From: Mustelus asterias
Lineage: Eukaryota
DNA length: 64,000 nucleotides
Assembly (NCBI RefSeq): GCF_964213995.1
Contig: NW_027590452.1
Coordinates: 248,001-312,000, forward strand
Direction: 5' to 3'
Part shown: positions 12,278 through 23,459 of the stretch, piece by piece
Layout of the letters: each line of letters starts with the position of its first letter
How positions within the stretch are numbered: position 1 is the first letter of the stretch
Notes under the pieces: model-generated
What the model was told of the DNA's origin: nothing
The model's database searches: none
Seen by the model: the letters and a program-made list of their open reading frames with translations, nothing else
Translations under genes and position numbers: made by a program

Positions 12278-13103
12278 AGATACCGTGTTAGGTTCGGTAT
12301 CGGGGCGAATTCCAGACTCACGACCACGGCCAATAACAATATTGAGAGAATGCAACTAAAAGAGCAAAAGCCCAAACAGAAATGTTATATTAGCATCGAT
12401 AGCAAACTTATATTGCTTCAGGAGATATATTATTATGGTTGCCAGAGTTGTGAATCTTTAGAAACTCTCTGGGAACCTTAATCAGAGGAGATTGAAGGGT
12501 GAACTGTCTGACTGAGCAGAGCCAGTCAAGGCAGCTTTCCCTTCTTTATGACGCTGGAACATTGACTCTGATGTCAGCAGTGAAAGTAACTGATTGGAGA
12601 TATTGGAAGTATTCTCGTTACAGCACAAGAGGAATTCAAACCTAATATCAGCTTCGGGACTGTCCGATTATTTGGTTACAGACAAGAGACCGAAAGGCTT
12701 GAAGGGAGACGGCAGCGGTTGTAGGAGAGCTAATTCCCGGTGACATGCATGTGTCTGCAATGGGTGTTCTGCGATTATTAGCCTTAAATTGTGGCTGCTT
12801 CGAACCCATTAGAAATCCATTCAATGATTCTATTCTGCCAAACCCATTAATTATTCTCTCTTCCTCATTCTACAGCGAGCGAGACAGGGAAAAGCAGCAA
12901 TATTCCAGCCCCCACTGTCCAAACCCCTTTGCCAGCAGAAAACGCTGGATATTTTGCTCTGTGTGTTTTCTCAGAAATGGTGAAGAGTAAATATTCAATA
13001 TTTTGATTGATACCCAGTTCCGTTCACATTCAACAATAAACTTGAATTCGGAAATATCGGAGCAGTGAGCTTTGATAATGTTTCTGCCCCGTGACAGTGA
13101 CAC

Positions 13104-13380
13104 GGCTGTCCCCTCCCCGTGTCTGCGTGGGTTTCCTCCGGGTGCTCCGGTTTCCTCCCACAGTCTGAAAGATGTGCTGGTTAGGGTGCATTGGCCGTGC
13201 TAAATTCTCCCTCAGTGTAACCCGAACAGGCGCCGGAGTGTGGGCGACTAGGGGATTCTCACAGTAACTTCATTGTAGTGTTAATGTAAGCCTACTTCTG
13301 ACACTAATAAATAAACTGAAACTGAAGGTCAAGGTGCTGCTGTGACAATGCACTCTTGTTTAAACACTGCAATGCTGAGA
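13104..13380. repeat. Inverted copy of 50704-50982 (SINE 3' half plus non-SINE flank)
   Basis: Same SINE truncation point and a shared non-SINE flank aaggtcaaggtgctgctgtgacaatgcactcttgtttaaacac. Confidence 0.85.
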
Positions 13381-13632
13381 TAGGGGAAAGGGTCGTGGGG
13401 ATAAATAAAGAGAATAAAGAAATAAAAGGTAGAGAACAGTTAAAATTAAATAAAATTAACTGATTTCCAGTTCTTTCTCCAACTTATCGGTTGACAAGGT
13501 TAAATGGACAGGTTTGGGTTTAATCCCTGTCCAGGTGCCCGAGAGGCGAAGAAACTCACTTAGTTCCTTCCTCCCGGCGCTGACAGCCGAAGGAGCCATC
13601 GATGAACAAAGCCTGCGAATTGGGCAATAGGT

Positions 13633-13870
13633 GTGGTGAACCATAGATAGTTATCACTATGGGTACTGAACCATAGATGGTTAGCACTATGGGATCTTGT
13701 AGATATGTTACTGTTGTCACTGTTGGGGTTAGGGTTGGGGTGTTCTACCTGTTGGTATTGTTCTGTGGTACACTCCGGTTGGCTCCGCCTACCTGTAGGA
13801 GTATAAAGGTCACTGCACTGCCGGGTGACCCTTTAGTCTGGGATTGTATTGTTATATAGTATGCTCCATT
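13633..13870 (+). mobile_element. Possible LTR fragment
   Basis: Begins TGTGG; internal direct repeat gaaccatagat(a/g)gtta(t/g)cactatggg; GC-box-like ctccgcct and tataaa. Confidence 0.35.
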
Positions 13871-14379
13871 CTAGGGAGGGGCGGTAATTCCAGGACCTTG
13901 TCCCAGTGACAGGGAAGGAACAGCGATCTTTTTCCAAGTGAGGATTGTGATCGGCTTGGAGGGGATCTTCCTTGTGATAGAGGTCTTGTTTGGAAAGTGC
14001 TGCCTAAGGCGTATTTGGTGAGTTCCTGCACAAATCAGGCAAGTGGGGAATATTCACTCACACTCCCGACTTTTGCCTTGTAGATGGACAGGTTCTGGGG
14101 AGTCAGGAGGTGAGTTACTCGCCGCAGGATTCCCAGCCTCTGACCTGCTCTTGGAGACACTGCACAAACTGATCAAATGTGTGCTGAATCAGAATAGGAG
14201 CGTGTCTTTTCCTGTTCAGTGTGCAGAGAATTTACAGCACATTTATTTATTTTTCTGAATGCATATTGAGGCATATGAGTTCATGGAATATGCGTGTAAA
14301 ATATTATGTTCAAATAGTATTCGATAGTCGATTCACTGAGGGGAGTGGTTATTGGTTGGAAAGTCTTACTATCTTACTG

Positions 14380-14468
14380 TCATCTGATAAAGGAGCAGCG
14401 CTCCGAAAGCTCGTGATACTAAATAAAGCTGTTGGACTTTACCTTTGTGTTGTGAGACTTCTTACTGT
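14380..14468 (+). mobile_element. Penelope-like element terminal fragment with degenerate hammerhead motif
   Basis: ctgataa-a-ggagc-agc-gctcc-gaaa-gctc-gtga followed by aaataaagctgttggacttt...gacttcttactgt. Confidence 0.7.
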
Positions 14469-14749
14469 CTCTAGCCAGCAGTTTGAATTCCAACCGGCTG
14501 GTTGGATGAATCCAGAGGAAAGACCCCAGGAGCTTATTGGATTATCACCTGATGACGCTGTCAGGAATAAATCAACTTGTGGATTGTGATATCCAATCAG
14601 CTCTTTATTCTCTATTCAGTGATCTCCACTCTTCCGACCATAGGTTCTGCAGGGTGTGACGTCAGACCAGCCAATGCTCTCTGCTTTATCTTGTTCGACC
14701 TTCTGCAGCTTTCGGAGCCACAGGTCCCTGGAATCCAGGAGCAGCAGCA

Positions 14750-16149
14750 ATGCGGCTCCCCGTTTTCTCTCTGATCTGGGTGACATTCATTGTTGGTGAG
14801 TTTAACACTTTAAAAATGAGTTATTTTCTGGAGAGATAAAGTTGAAAAGCAGGACATTCATGTTATACAGGTATTGGACCTGCCGTAGAACAGAAATGAA
14901 TCCTTGCGAGTGGTTTTAGTCTTTTGAAAATAGTTTCGAAAAGCACACTGCAGAGGCGATTTCGAGAGATGGTACCCGGATTGGGAGATGAGAGCTATCA
15001 GAATGCAAGGTTATGGTTACTTTCTCGACTGACCAAGGAAACTAACGCAAATCTGACTGATCTATTTATAATGATATCGAGGATTGGTGTGGTGGACGGG
15101 GAGAGGATGATTCCACTTGTGGGAGGATTCCAAATATATGTCCCATGAATCTAATGAAACAAATAGATCAACTGGGAATCGGAGAGAGACATCTTTAGAA
15201 AGAGTTGGGTAGAATGTGACTCATATTAACACAATGAACACTTGAGGAGAGGAGCAAAGACTAATTTAAAGGTGAACTAAACTGGGCGGCATGGTAGCAC
15301 AGTGGTTAGCACTGCTGCTTCACAGTTCCAGTGGACCTGGGTTCGATTCCCGGCTCGGGTCACTGTCTGCGTGGAGTTTGCACATTCTCCTCGTGTCTGC
15401 GTGGGTTTACTCCGGGTGCTCCGGTTTCCTCCCACAGTCCAAAGATGTGCGGGTTAGGTTGATTGGCCATGCTAAAATTGCCCCTTAGTGTCCTGAGATG
15501 CGTAGGTTAGGGGGATTAGCGGGTAAATATGTAGGGATATGGGGGTAGGGCCTGGGTGGGATTGTGGTCGGTGCAGACTCGATGGGCCGAATGGCCTGTT
15601 TCTGCACTGTAGGGTTTCTATGATTTCTATGATGAGAAACTAAACAGCTGAGGAAGAAACGGACAGATGCATTGAGAAGAGGCGAGAGGGAGGAATCTCC
15701 TGGGGATTGTAAACGGGAACGTAGATCAGTTGGAGAGAATGTGGTATGATTCAATACATATTTTTATGTTACACTGTCAGTGAATTTTCTCTCTGAGTTC
15801 AATTGAACTTTGAAACAATGTTTTTTCTTTAACCGTGTGTTCCAGATCTGAGCGATGGAGATTCTGTTACTCGGCGGGAATCCTCACTCACACGGACAGA
15901 GGGAGAAGATGTCACTTTAAACTGCACCTTTACCGACGATGCCTATTATTTATTCTGGTACCGTCAATATCCAGGCAGACAGCCCGAGTTTGCAGTCCGG
16001 AGAGACAAGAACGGCGGTTTTGAATTAAAGGCGGATTTCGCTCGGACCCGGTTTTCTGATTCAGTCCAGCAGTTAGACAAGTTGTACCGATTGACTGTCT
16101 CGGAGTTGCTGCTGTCTGACACTGCGGTCTATTACTGTGCACAGAGTCT
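14750..16149 (+). CDS. TCR alpha/delta V segment, potentially functional (leader 14750-14795, V exon 15846-16149)
   Basis: MRLPVFSLIWVTFIV|gtgagt; open frame DSVTRRESSLTRTEGEDVTLNC..YLFWYRQYPG..DTAVYYCAQS. RSS cacagtg(16150)-23-acaaaaact(16180-16188); CRE at 14657. Confidence 0.92.
15284..15632 (+). mobile_element. HE1-like SINE in V intron (absent from the paralog at 40.7-41.4 kb)
   Basis: Full head to tail; flanked by aactaaac on both sides. Confidence 0.9.
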
Positions 16150-17543
16150 CACAGTGATGAAAATGAGTGAAATCCTCGTACAAAAACTGCCGCAGGTTTC
16201 TGAGTCACAGCTGCTGTCTGTCGAGAGCTGTTTCTAACAGCGGGTCATACACTGACACGTCAATACATTCCTGTGAACGCAAACCCGACCACAATTCACA
16301 CAAACACCATCTAAAATCGTTCACAGATTCCGTCTGATTGTTACATTCACCGTGCGAGGGAAGAATTAGCTGTTGTTTATTTGGAATCACCGGGAAATCG
16401 GCACTAATGTTGAGAATTCAAAATGCTGCAGGGTAGCCTTGAACTAGTTGTACCCTTGTTCTGATGTTTCAAAAAACACTCGGGGCAAAGAAACCAATGC
16501 TGTTTGGTTTGATATGTCAGTCAATAGTGTAAACTGATGCCCGCCTGCTGAGGCAAATCCTCATAATCACATCAGCATGATTAAACATCTCTCAATGTTA
16601 CAGTAATGAAATAAAAATATCAACTGGGAATCGAAGAGAAACTTCATTGGAAAGAGTTCGGAAAAATGTGACTCATATTAACACAATGAACACTTGACAC
16701 ATATTAAAACTAAGAATTCTTAACAGTAAAGGTACAGAAGTTTATTTCAATGCATGCTTAGAATCCAATGAACAATGATTAATAAGTAAATTATCTCTAA
16801 GAACAGGTTTGGTGTACTCTAGACACTGGAACATTTGATAAGAAAATCGACTGAATGCAGAACCCTAATTGAAAAGAGCGTCAGAAAGTTCCTGAAGGAC
16901 AACTAGGGATGGGCAATAAATAGCGGCCGAGCCAGCAACACCCACATACCCGGAAGTCTTTCTTTAAAAGTCTGCTGTAATCACCAGAAGTACTTTGGGA
17001 AATCGAAACCGCGGGATAAGTCTTTCTGCTCAGACAAATGTTTTGTTGGGATATGGACCAATCGCGGGCAATTGGAACTAGCATAGTGGTTAAAAAAAGG
17101 ATGGCATAGACAAGTTGGGCCGAAGGGTCTGTTTCCATGCTGTAAACCTCTATGACTACCTCGATATCCGTTATTTCCCTGAATATCCACAAATCCATCA
17201 ACTGTCTTCAAGAAATCAAACGACTGTATAATCATCGCTCTCTTTGACACATAGAGCGCATTAAAGCGAATGTAGGGGTTTGACTGAGATGATTTTTGAG
17301 ATATGACTCTGATGAGTTTTATTTCATGTTGTAATAACAGCACCAGCGTCTCCTATTCAGAGTTGCTCGTAAACCACAGAAACTACTATAAAGAGGGATT
17401 TTACATACACTGACAGACATTCAGCACAAAGAACGTGATCATTCGGTTTAACTGGTTTTAATGATATGATTTTGTTTATATTAACAGTTCACAATCCAGC
17501 TCAGAGATCGGATTCAGTGAGAGGAGGTGAGAATGCCTTTGCT

Positions 17544-18022
17544 GGTTTTTGTACGGACTAACTGCGTCTCTGTAACTGCGGTTCAGCGCACACTGTTACA
17601 GATACACGGCAGAGTCAGAGACATGGACCCCGGTCATATTTAATGGAGCTGTTTTCTTGTCTCTGTCCAAATTAGCAGAAAACTGGTCCGAAAAATCGGG
17701 AGACTTAGCCCCCTTCCCCTTGCCGTAACTTTTCAATAAATATCTCGGAGCTTCTCCGGGATACAGGATGTACCAGAATAGAGTTTGGTCAGCGTATTTT
17801 GCTTTGTAACTGCAGTTCAAAATTACCGTCTGTCCTTCCTGAACCGTTAATTCAGGCGGCTCCTTGGAAACTGAACTTTGGCCATTGGTTCCTGTAACAA
17901 CATATAGACTGTGTGAGAAATTTGTGAGTGAATATAACCCATTGAACACACACTGAGGATCTGAGCTCAGACTCACCGGGCAGCATGACCATTATTATCA
18001 GTAAAGCACACAGGGAACACAT
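17544..18022 (-). pseudogene. V pseudogene, paralog of the Vs at 7776 and 45517 (leader 18022-17977, exon from 17891)
   Basis: Stop before Cys104 (AVYL*); heptamer destroyed; nonamer intact at 17552-17544; CRE at 18161. Confidence 0.9.
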
Positions 18023-18975
18023 GGATCCTGATTGGACAGTAAACAGCGACACTGTTTAAAATATGTTGTTGCTTCTAGTCTTATATCACGGAGTAAACTC
18101 AGATCAGAGGCAGCTTCAACAATAGGCAAATTGGGGGCTTTTCTCAGTGTTGCAATTGGCTGACGTCAGCTGTGGACCAAACACTGCTAGTGGAGGACTA
18201 AACACAGCTGGCTCCCTCCAAACACATTCCACCCCGGGCTGTGTGTGTTTTTCTCACTCTCTTTCTCTCTCCATGAAAGGTGAATAACATTATCAGTTAC
18301 ACTGTCGCTTTCTCGGTTAACCCTCTTTCGTTCGAACTCAATGTCCCCCTTTTTATAGATAGATCTTACTTTCTAAATAAAGTTAAAAGTGAAATAAATA
18401 ATTTACACTCATTTACTCTGCGGGTATTAATGAGTGCATCCACTGCATGAACATAATAGTAGTTACTGCTTTATTTATACCGGGGATAAGTCATCACCCA
18501 AGTCCACATTGACTTGCGTTTCCACTGGGATTACTCTTATACTGGGAAAGTACTGATTTCAATCAGTCATTATTTCTGTCCAGAAACTTCAAAATGTGAC
18601 AACTCTCAGTGTGCCTTTGATATTAGGTCACATTTAACAGGTGTCCCCTGACAGATAGGCATCTGATACAGAAAGATTGGAAGTACTGATTTATTAAGTT
18701 ATTCACCCGGGACATCTGTGGGTTTTGTGTGATTGGGATCAGGAAATGATTGGATTTATCCAGGAATAAACTGAGCACCAAATGTCACATTTCCCCAACA
18801 GTGACAATCACTGACGTTAGGGACTGAAAGCCACTCAGCTGGGGCTGCATTGTCAGGGTCATGATCTGCGCATTTTCTCTGAAATTCAACGCAATGTGTT
18901 TTGCGGACAAGGAACCATTGATTGTGGACCTGAGCCAGTTTTTGTACGAGGCCCGCGGGATCCTCATTCACTGTG

Positions 18976-19443
18976 GGTCTCAGTGCACAGTAATACACGG
19001 CGTTGTCTGTCATCTTGGAATCTTTCATGGACAAGTGAAAAGAGCTTTGTGTCTGGCTGAGATTCCCGCTGAAGTGTCCAAAGCCGGGAGCCGTATCGGT
19101 AAACCCATAACTATCGGGTCTGAGCAGATACTGAGGAGCTCGGTGTGGATACTGGCGATACCAGAACAGGACATAGACTGTAGCTGAACTCGATACAGAG
19201 TAACTGCAGGGTATTGCTGAATCTTCGCCCTCTGCTGCGTCAACTCCTGGGAAACTGAGTCTCCGTTACTCATCTCTGAAAATAGACAACAGACACGCAG
19301 CGGGTTAGAAGGAGTAACAACAACGGAATAATCGCCTAGAAATGGAAATGGGCAATGAATATGGTGATTGGCGGATTTCAGTCAAAGGTTCAAAATGACC
19401 AACCTGTGATCAGGGCAATAGCCAGAGACAGACAGACTTTCAC
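18976..19443 (-). pseudogene. V pseudogene, paralog of the V at 48001
   Basis: Leader lacks ATG; 10-nt FR1 deletion between ccag repeats causes a frameshift. RSS intact: cacagtg(18975-18969)-23-acaaaaact(18945-18937). Confidence 0.9.
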
Positions 19444-19587
19444 CCCTATAGTTCCAGTCTGAACACCAGAAACAGAGGCAGTGATCACTGTCTGCATAAG
19501 ACCTGGAAATGGAGAAGTTGAAACAGTCAGGGGGATGTTATGAGGTCGAAAGTGACTCCGTCTCTCCGCCCATTTTTACATCTTCAA

Positions 19588-20130
19588 TCATAGAAAAGAA
19601 ACCCTACAGTACAGAAAGAGGCCATTCGGCCCATCGAGTCTGCACCGACCACAATCCCACCCAGGCCCTACCCCCATATCCCTACATATTTTACCCACTA
19701 ATCCCTCTAACCTACACATCTCAGGACACTAAGGGCAACTTTAGCATGGCCAATCAACCTAATCAAAAAGTCGCTCCCTCTGAAGGGAATCGTGATTTTT
19801 CATAAGTGATCAGAGAGCGCCCTCCCGTGGACAGCACTGCCGCATGTTGGAAACAGGTTCACACACGGTCACCTGTAAAGACTGGCACATATCCACATAA
19901 TAGAATCATAGATCATAGAATTTGTACAGTACAGAAAAATGCCATTCGGCCCACCGAGTCTGTACCTATCGCAAGTCTACCCAGGCCCTAGTCCCGTAGC
20001 CTCATACATTTGCCCCGCTAATCCCCCTGACACTAGGGTCAATTTATCATGGCCAATCAAACTAACCTGCACATCTTTGGACTGTTGAAGGAAACTGGAG
20101 CACCCGGAGGAGACCCACGCAGACACGGGA
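19588..20130 (-). mobile_element. Two 5'-truncated HE1-like SINE fragments (19588-19760, 19900-20130)
   Basis: SINE tail and core sequences. Confidence 0.75.
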
Positions 20131-20528
20131 CTTTGTCAGCTCATCCAGAGCTACCGGTCTGTCAGGCTCTCCCGCTCGCCGTCGTCCAAGACTTGCGTGA
20201 TAGACGACAGGAAAGACTGGGAGGCCGTGCTGTCTGTTGGCTTCAGGTCATACAGTCCGGCTCTTTACGTCTTCTTACTGCACTTTTTCGCTTTGTCTTT
20301 CTTTCATTCTGATTTGCATGTAACCTCTTCCATTTTCTTTGAATACATTCCCAACTCTCTTCATTTTAAGCTTTTTAAAATTTTCTGATTCAAGAAATGT
20401 TTCGCTCTCATTCCCCTTACCATTGGAATTTAATACCGCGCTTGTTGAAACACTGATATTTCTGCGGAGCGGTTTTTGAAAACGGTGCAGGTTTTGGCAC
20501 GGGACCTGCCTGTGTTTTTTACACTGTG

Positions 20529-20861
20529 CCTCACGGCGCAGAGATAGGTGGCAGTGTCTGAAACCTGTACGTCCCTCACAGTCAGGATGCTGAGTTTGTT
20601 GCCTTCGCCGATCGAAGCAGTGATCCTCCCGTGTTGATCGGTTCCTCTTGTGGCCATCACCAGATGCTGGGGCGACTGATTCGGGGGCTGTTTATACCAA
20701 CGCACGATGTCAAACGTAATGGAAATAGTGCAGTTCATGGATATATTTCTCGCTTCACTGATAACCATCCGTGGAGGGAGCTGCAGCAACTCAGCTTCTC
20801 CGGTCATCCCCGTGCAGATCAGAGTGATAAACAACAAAACGTCGATGCAAATCCTGACCAT
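20529..20861 (-). CDS. TCR alpha-type V segment with leader and V in one exon (no leader intron)
   Basis: Continuous MVRICIDVLLFITLICTGMTG-EAELLQ..MNC..WYKQPP..DTATYLCAVR. RSS cacagtg(20528-20522)-23-gccaaaacc(20498-20490). Confidence 0.85.
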
Positions 20862-21639
20862 TCTCAGTTCACACACAACACCGAGATCAGCTTTGAACCA
20901 GGAGATGGAAATTAACCCGGAACCAAGTATTTTCTTCGGGTTCAGTTCAGTGCCGTGTTTATGTTGAACTGACAACATTAGGCGGGTTCTACTTTAGCCA
21001 CCCATACTGAGCGTTTCACACTGACACAGACCCACACAACCTCTGAGGACACACCTGACACGCCCAGATTAAATATTTCTCACGCGACACACTGCTCTCT
21101 ACTGGTGAATACTGGTAATTCCAGGGTGCAATTCTTCACTTGGATCTTCGACAAGTTGCAGTTCACGAGATAGTTATAAATGAGAAGAGCTGTTTCCGCC
21201 TTCTTGTTATAGCTCTTTCACTGCGGGAGAGCTTACAACGTTCCTTCTGTTCTACGATCCAACGATTGCAGTGCATTTTGCTCTCTCGTTCTTTCTGAAG
21301 TTTCATTCCACACTGTGACCAGTCCCGGTCTGACAAGAAGAAGGTCCTGATGTTAGTCCTAAAATATCGTTCGATAATTTGGGAACTTGTGCAATGGGAA
21401 CTGGTCTATCCATCGAATGTATGTTACATAACTACAGGAGTGGCAACATTGACAACTCATAAGAATATTTCAAAAAATAATAAGAATGTTTCACATCCAG
21501 AATAAAGAGGGATCAAGTGTAATTGGTCGATCTTTCTTAAATATCTTCCATGTAAAAATATTTGATTTTGTTTAGAAGCTGCCTGTGGTCAGATAAACAC
21601 CATGGGATCTGGGTTACCCAATGATTCGATTTCTTTTCA

Positions 21640-21985
21640 CACACAAACGCAGAAACTGCTGGAAAACCTCAGCCGGTCTGACAGCATTTGTGGGGAGAAA
21701 GTAGAGCCAACGTTTCGAGTCTATTAGGTGACCCTTCGTCAGATAAATGTTGTTGACGAAGACAAACTGTGCACGGATTCCACAGAAACTCCTTCAAATT
21801 TGGATTGGACAATGACTTCACGCGGAAAAAAAACAGTTTCAGGGACTGAGAGGAGGATGTACGTTCTGAGGAAGGATCATCTAGACTGGAAAATGTTGCT
21901 CTGTTCTCTTCCCACAGATGCTCTCCGACCTTCTGAGATTTTCTGTTTTTGTTTCAGATTGCAGCCTCCGCAGTATTTTGTTTTT
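21640..21985. mobile_element. Penelope-like element remnant with inverted termini (second family), each with a hammerhead-like core
   Basis: 21640-21742 and ~21862-21985 are diverged inverted copies; ctgacga..gaaacgtt on the minus strand. Confidence 0.6.
21709..21742 (-). ncRNA. Minimal hammerhead ribozyme core
   Basis: CUGACGA-A-GGGUC(loop)GACUC-GAAA-CG-UU; palindromic AACGUU stem III; stem I not evident. Confidence 0.5.
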
Positions 21986-22642
21986 AACTCGATTTCTTTT
22001 GTTGGTCAGTCGTGTTTGCAATTCAATGTTGTGTATTTCAGATAAGTTCAATTCAGAATATTAAATAAATGTTTGGATATTAAATAAAATCAGGATATTC
22101 CTCTTGTCAGGGTGAGGATGTTGAGCTAGAATAAAACATAACCAGGTACAGGCCATCAACTAAATGGTTGATGCTTCAATTGAAATCCCGAGGCAGAGTT
22201 TCCGAGGATCACGGAGCCAGGCCTGAGCAGCGGGAGGAGCTTCTTGTATTTGAAACGATCATTTGAACTGCACTTGGGTAGAATTCACATGAATAATTAC
22301 CTCAAATTGAAATCAACGACTTCATTGTTGAACAATTAAGCAGTGAACACTTTTATCAATTAAAGTAACTGTAGTAAAGTAGGGCCCTGGTTTATAGAAA
22401 ATTGATTTGTTCACACATGATCGGAAAGAGAAGCAGCAGCGGATCAAAAAAACACATCCTTACACCGGAAGAGCATAGTCTGATTCCAGCCCATCAGATT
22501 GCAGAGAACCCGAGTGTCTGAAACGTTATCTGGTGCATCTTACATTCGGGGAATACTGAAGTTGTTGATTCACTTCGCGCTCTTCTGCTGTGAGCTGTGC
22601 TCCGTTTTCCTATTGACATTGTTACTGTCTCACACGGTGCAA

Positions 22643-23059
22643 ATGTATCTGTGCCTTGTCATTATGGTTCTACCAATTTGTAAGCGCAGGAAATTTACTC
22701 TGTAACCTATAGAGACTGTTTACTGATATTCATTTTGTTCCAGTGCCTCATTGTCTGAATGTTTTTACAGATCGGTGTCGCTCGGACCAAGTTTCACAAA
22801 CTCCCACAGCGAGAACAGTCCAGAGCGGGGATTCGGTGCAGATAAACTGCAGTTATGACATTTCCAGCTTTTACAGAATGGATTGGTACAGGCAAAAACC
22901 CGGTCAGGGTCTGAAGTGGATAATAAGCGGATTCTCGGATGGCAAAGAGAGAAAGGAGCGATTCGAATTGGAACTTTCCACTGCGAGCAAACGGGGCCAG
23001 TTGATTATTGAAAACAGTGGGAGCGCGGATACCGCTCTGTATTACTGTGCGATAGAGCC
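22643..23059 (+). CDS. TCR alpha-type V segment, potentially functional (leader 22643-22679, V exon 22771-23059); paralog of 8799
   Basis: MYLCLVIMVLPI|gtaag; INC, WYRQKPG, DTALYYCAIE. RSS cacactg(23060)-23-acaaaaacc(23090-23098). Confidence 0.93.
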
Positions 23060-23459
23060 CACACTGAGAGGAAAGACGGGAGTCACTGTACAAAAACCTC
23101 ATGCCTGTGTACATTTGCTGCAACGATCAAACAAACAGCAGACTGCAGGCAAGATATGTCAGAGAGCAGGAAATGGAGCATGCGAGCGGGGTCGCCCGGG
23201 GCTTTGTAATTCCCCAATATCTGCCAGCGGCTTTGCTCAGATTTATTGACAGTCAGAGCATAACTTATCCGATGAAGGAAACAGTCACTCAGTGAGTCTG
23301 GGCTTTATGTTGAGGAAATCTTCCGCATTGTTGTTAATTTTATGCTGAAAATCTATTGTTTCAAATCAGATAATTGGTCTGTGTCCAAATACAGCAAAAT
23401 CTGGAAAATATTCAGGCTTGGCCTGACAAGCAACATTCACGCCACATGCGTTCATCGAA

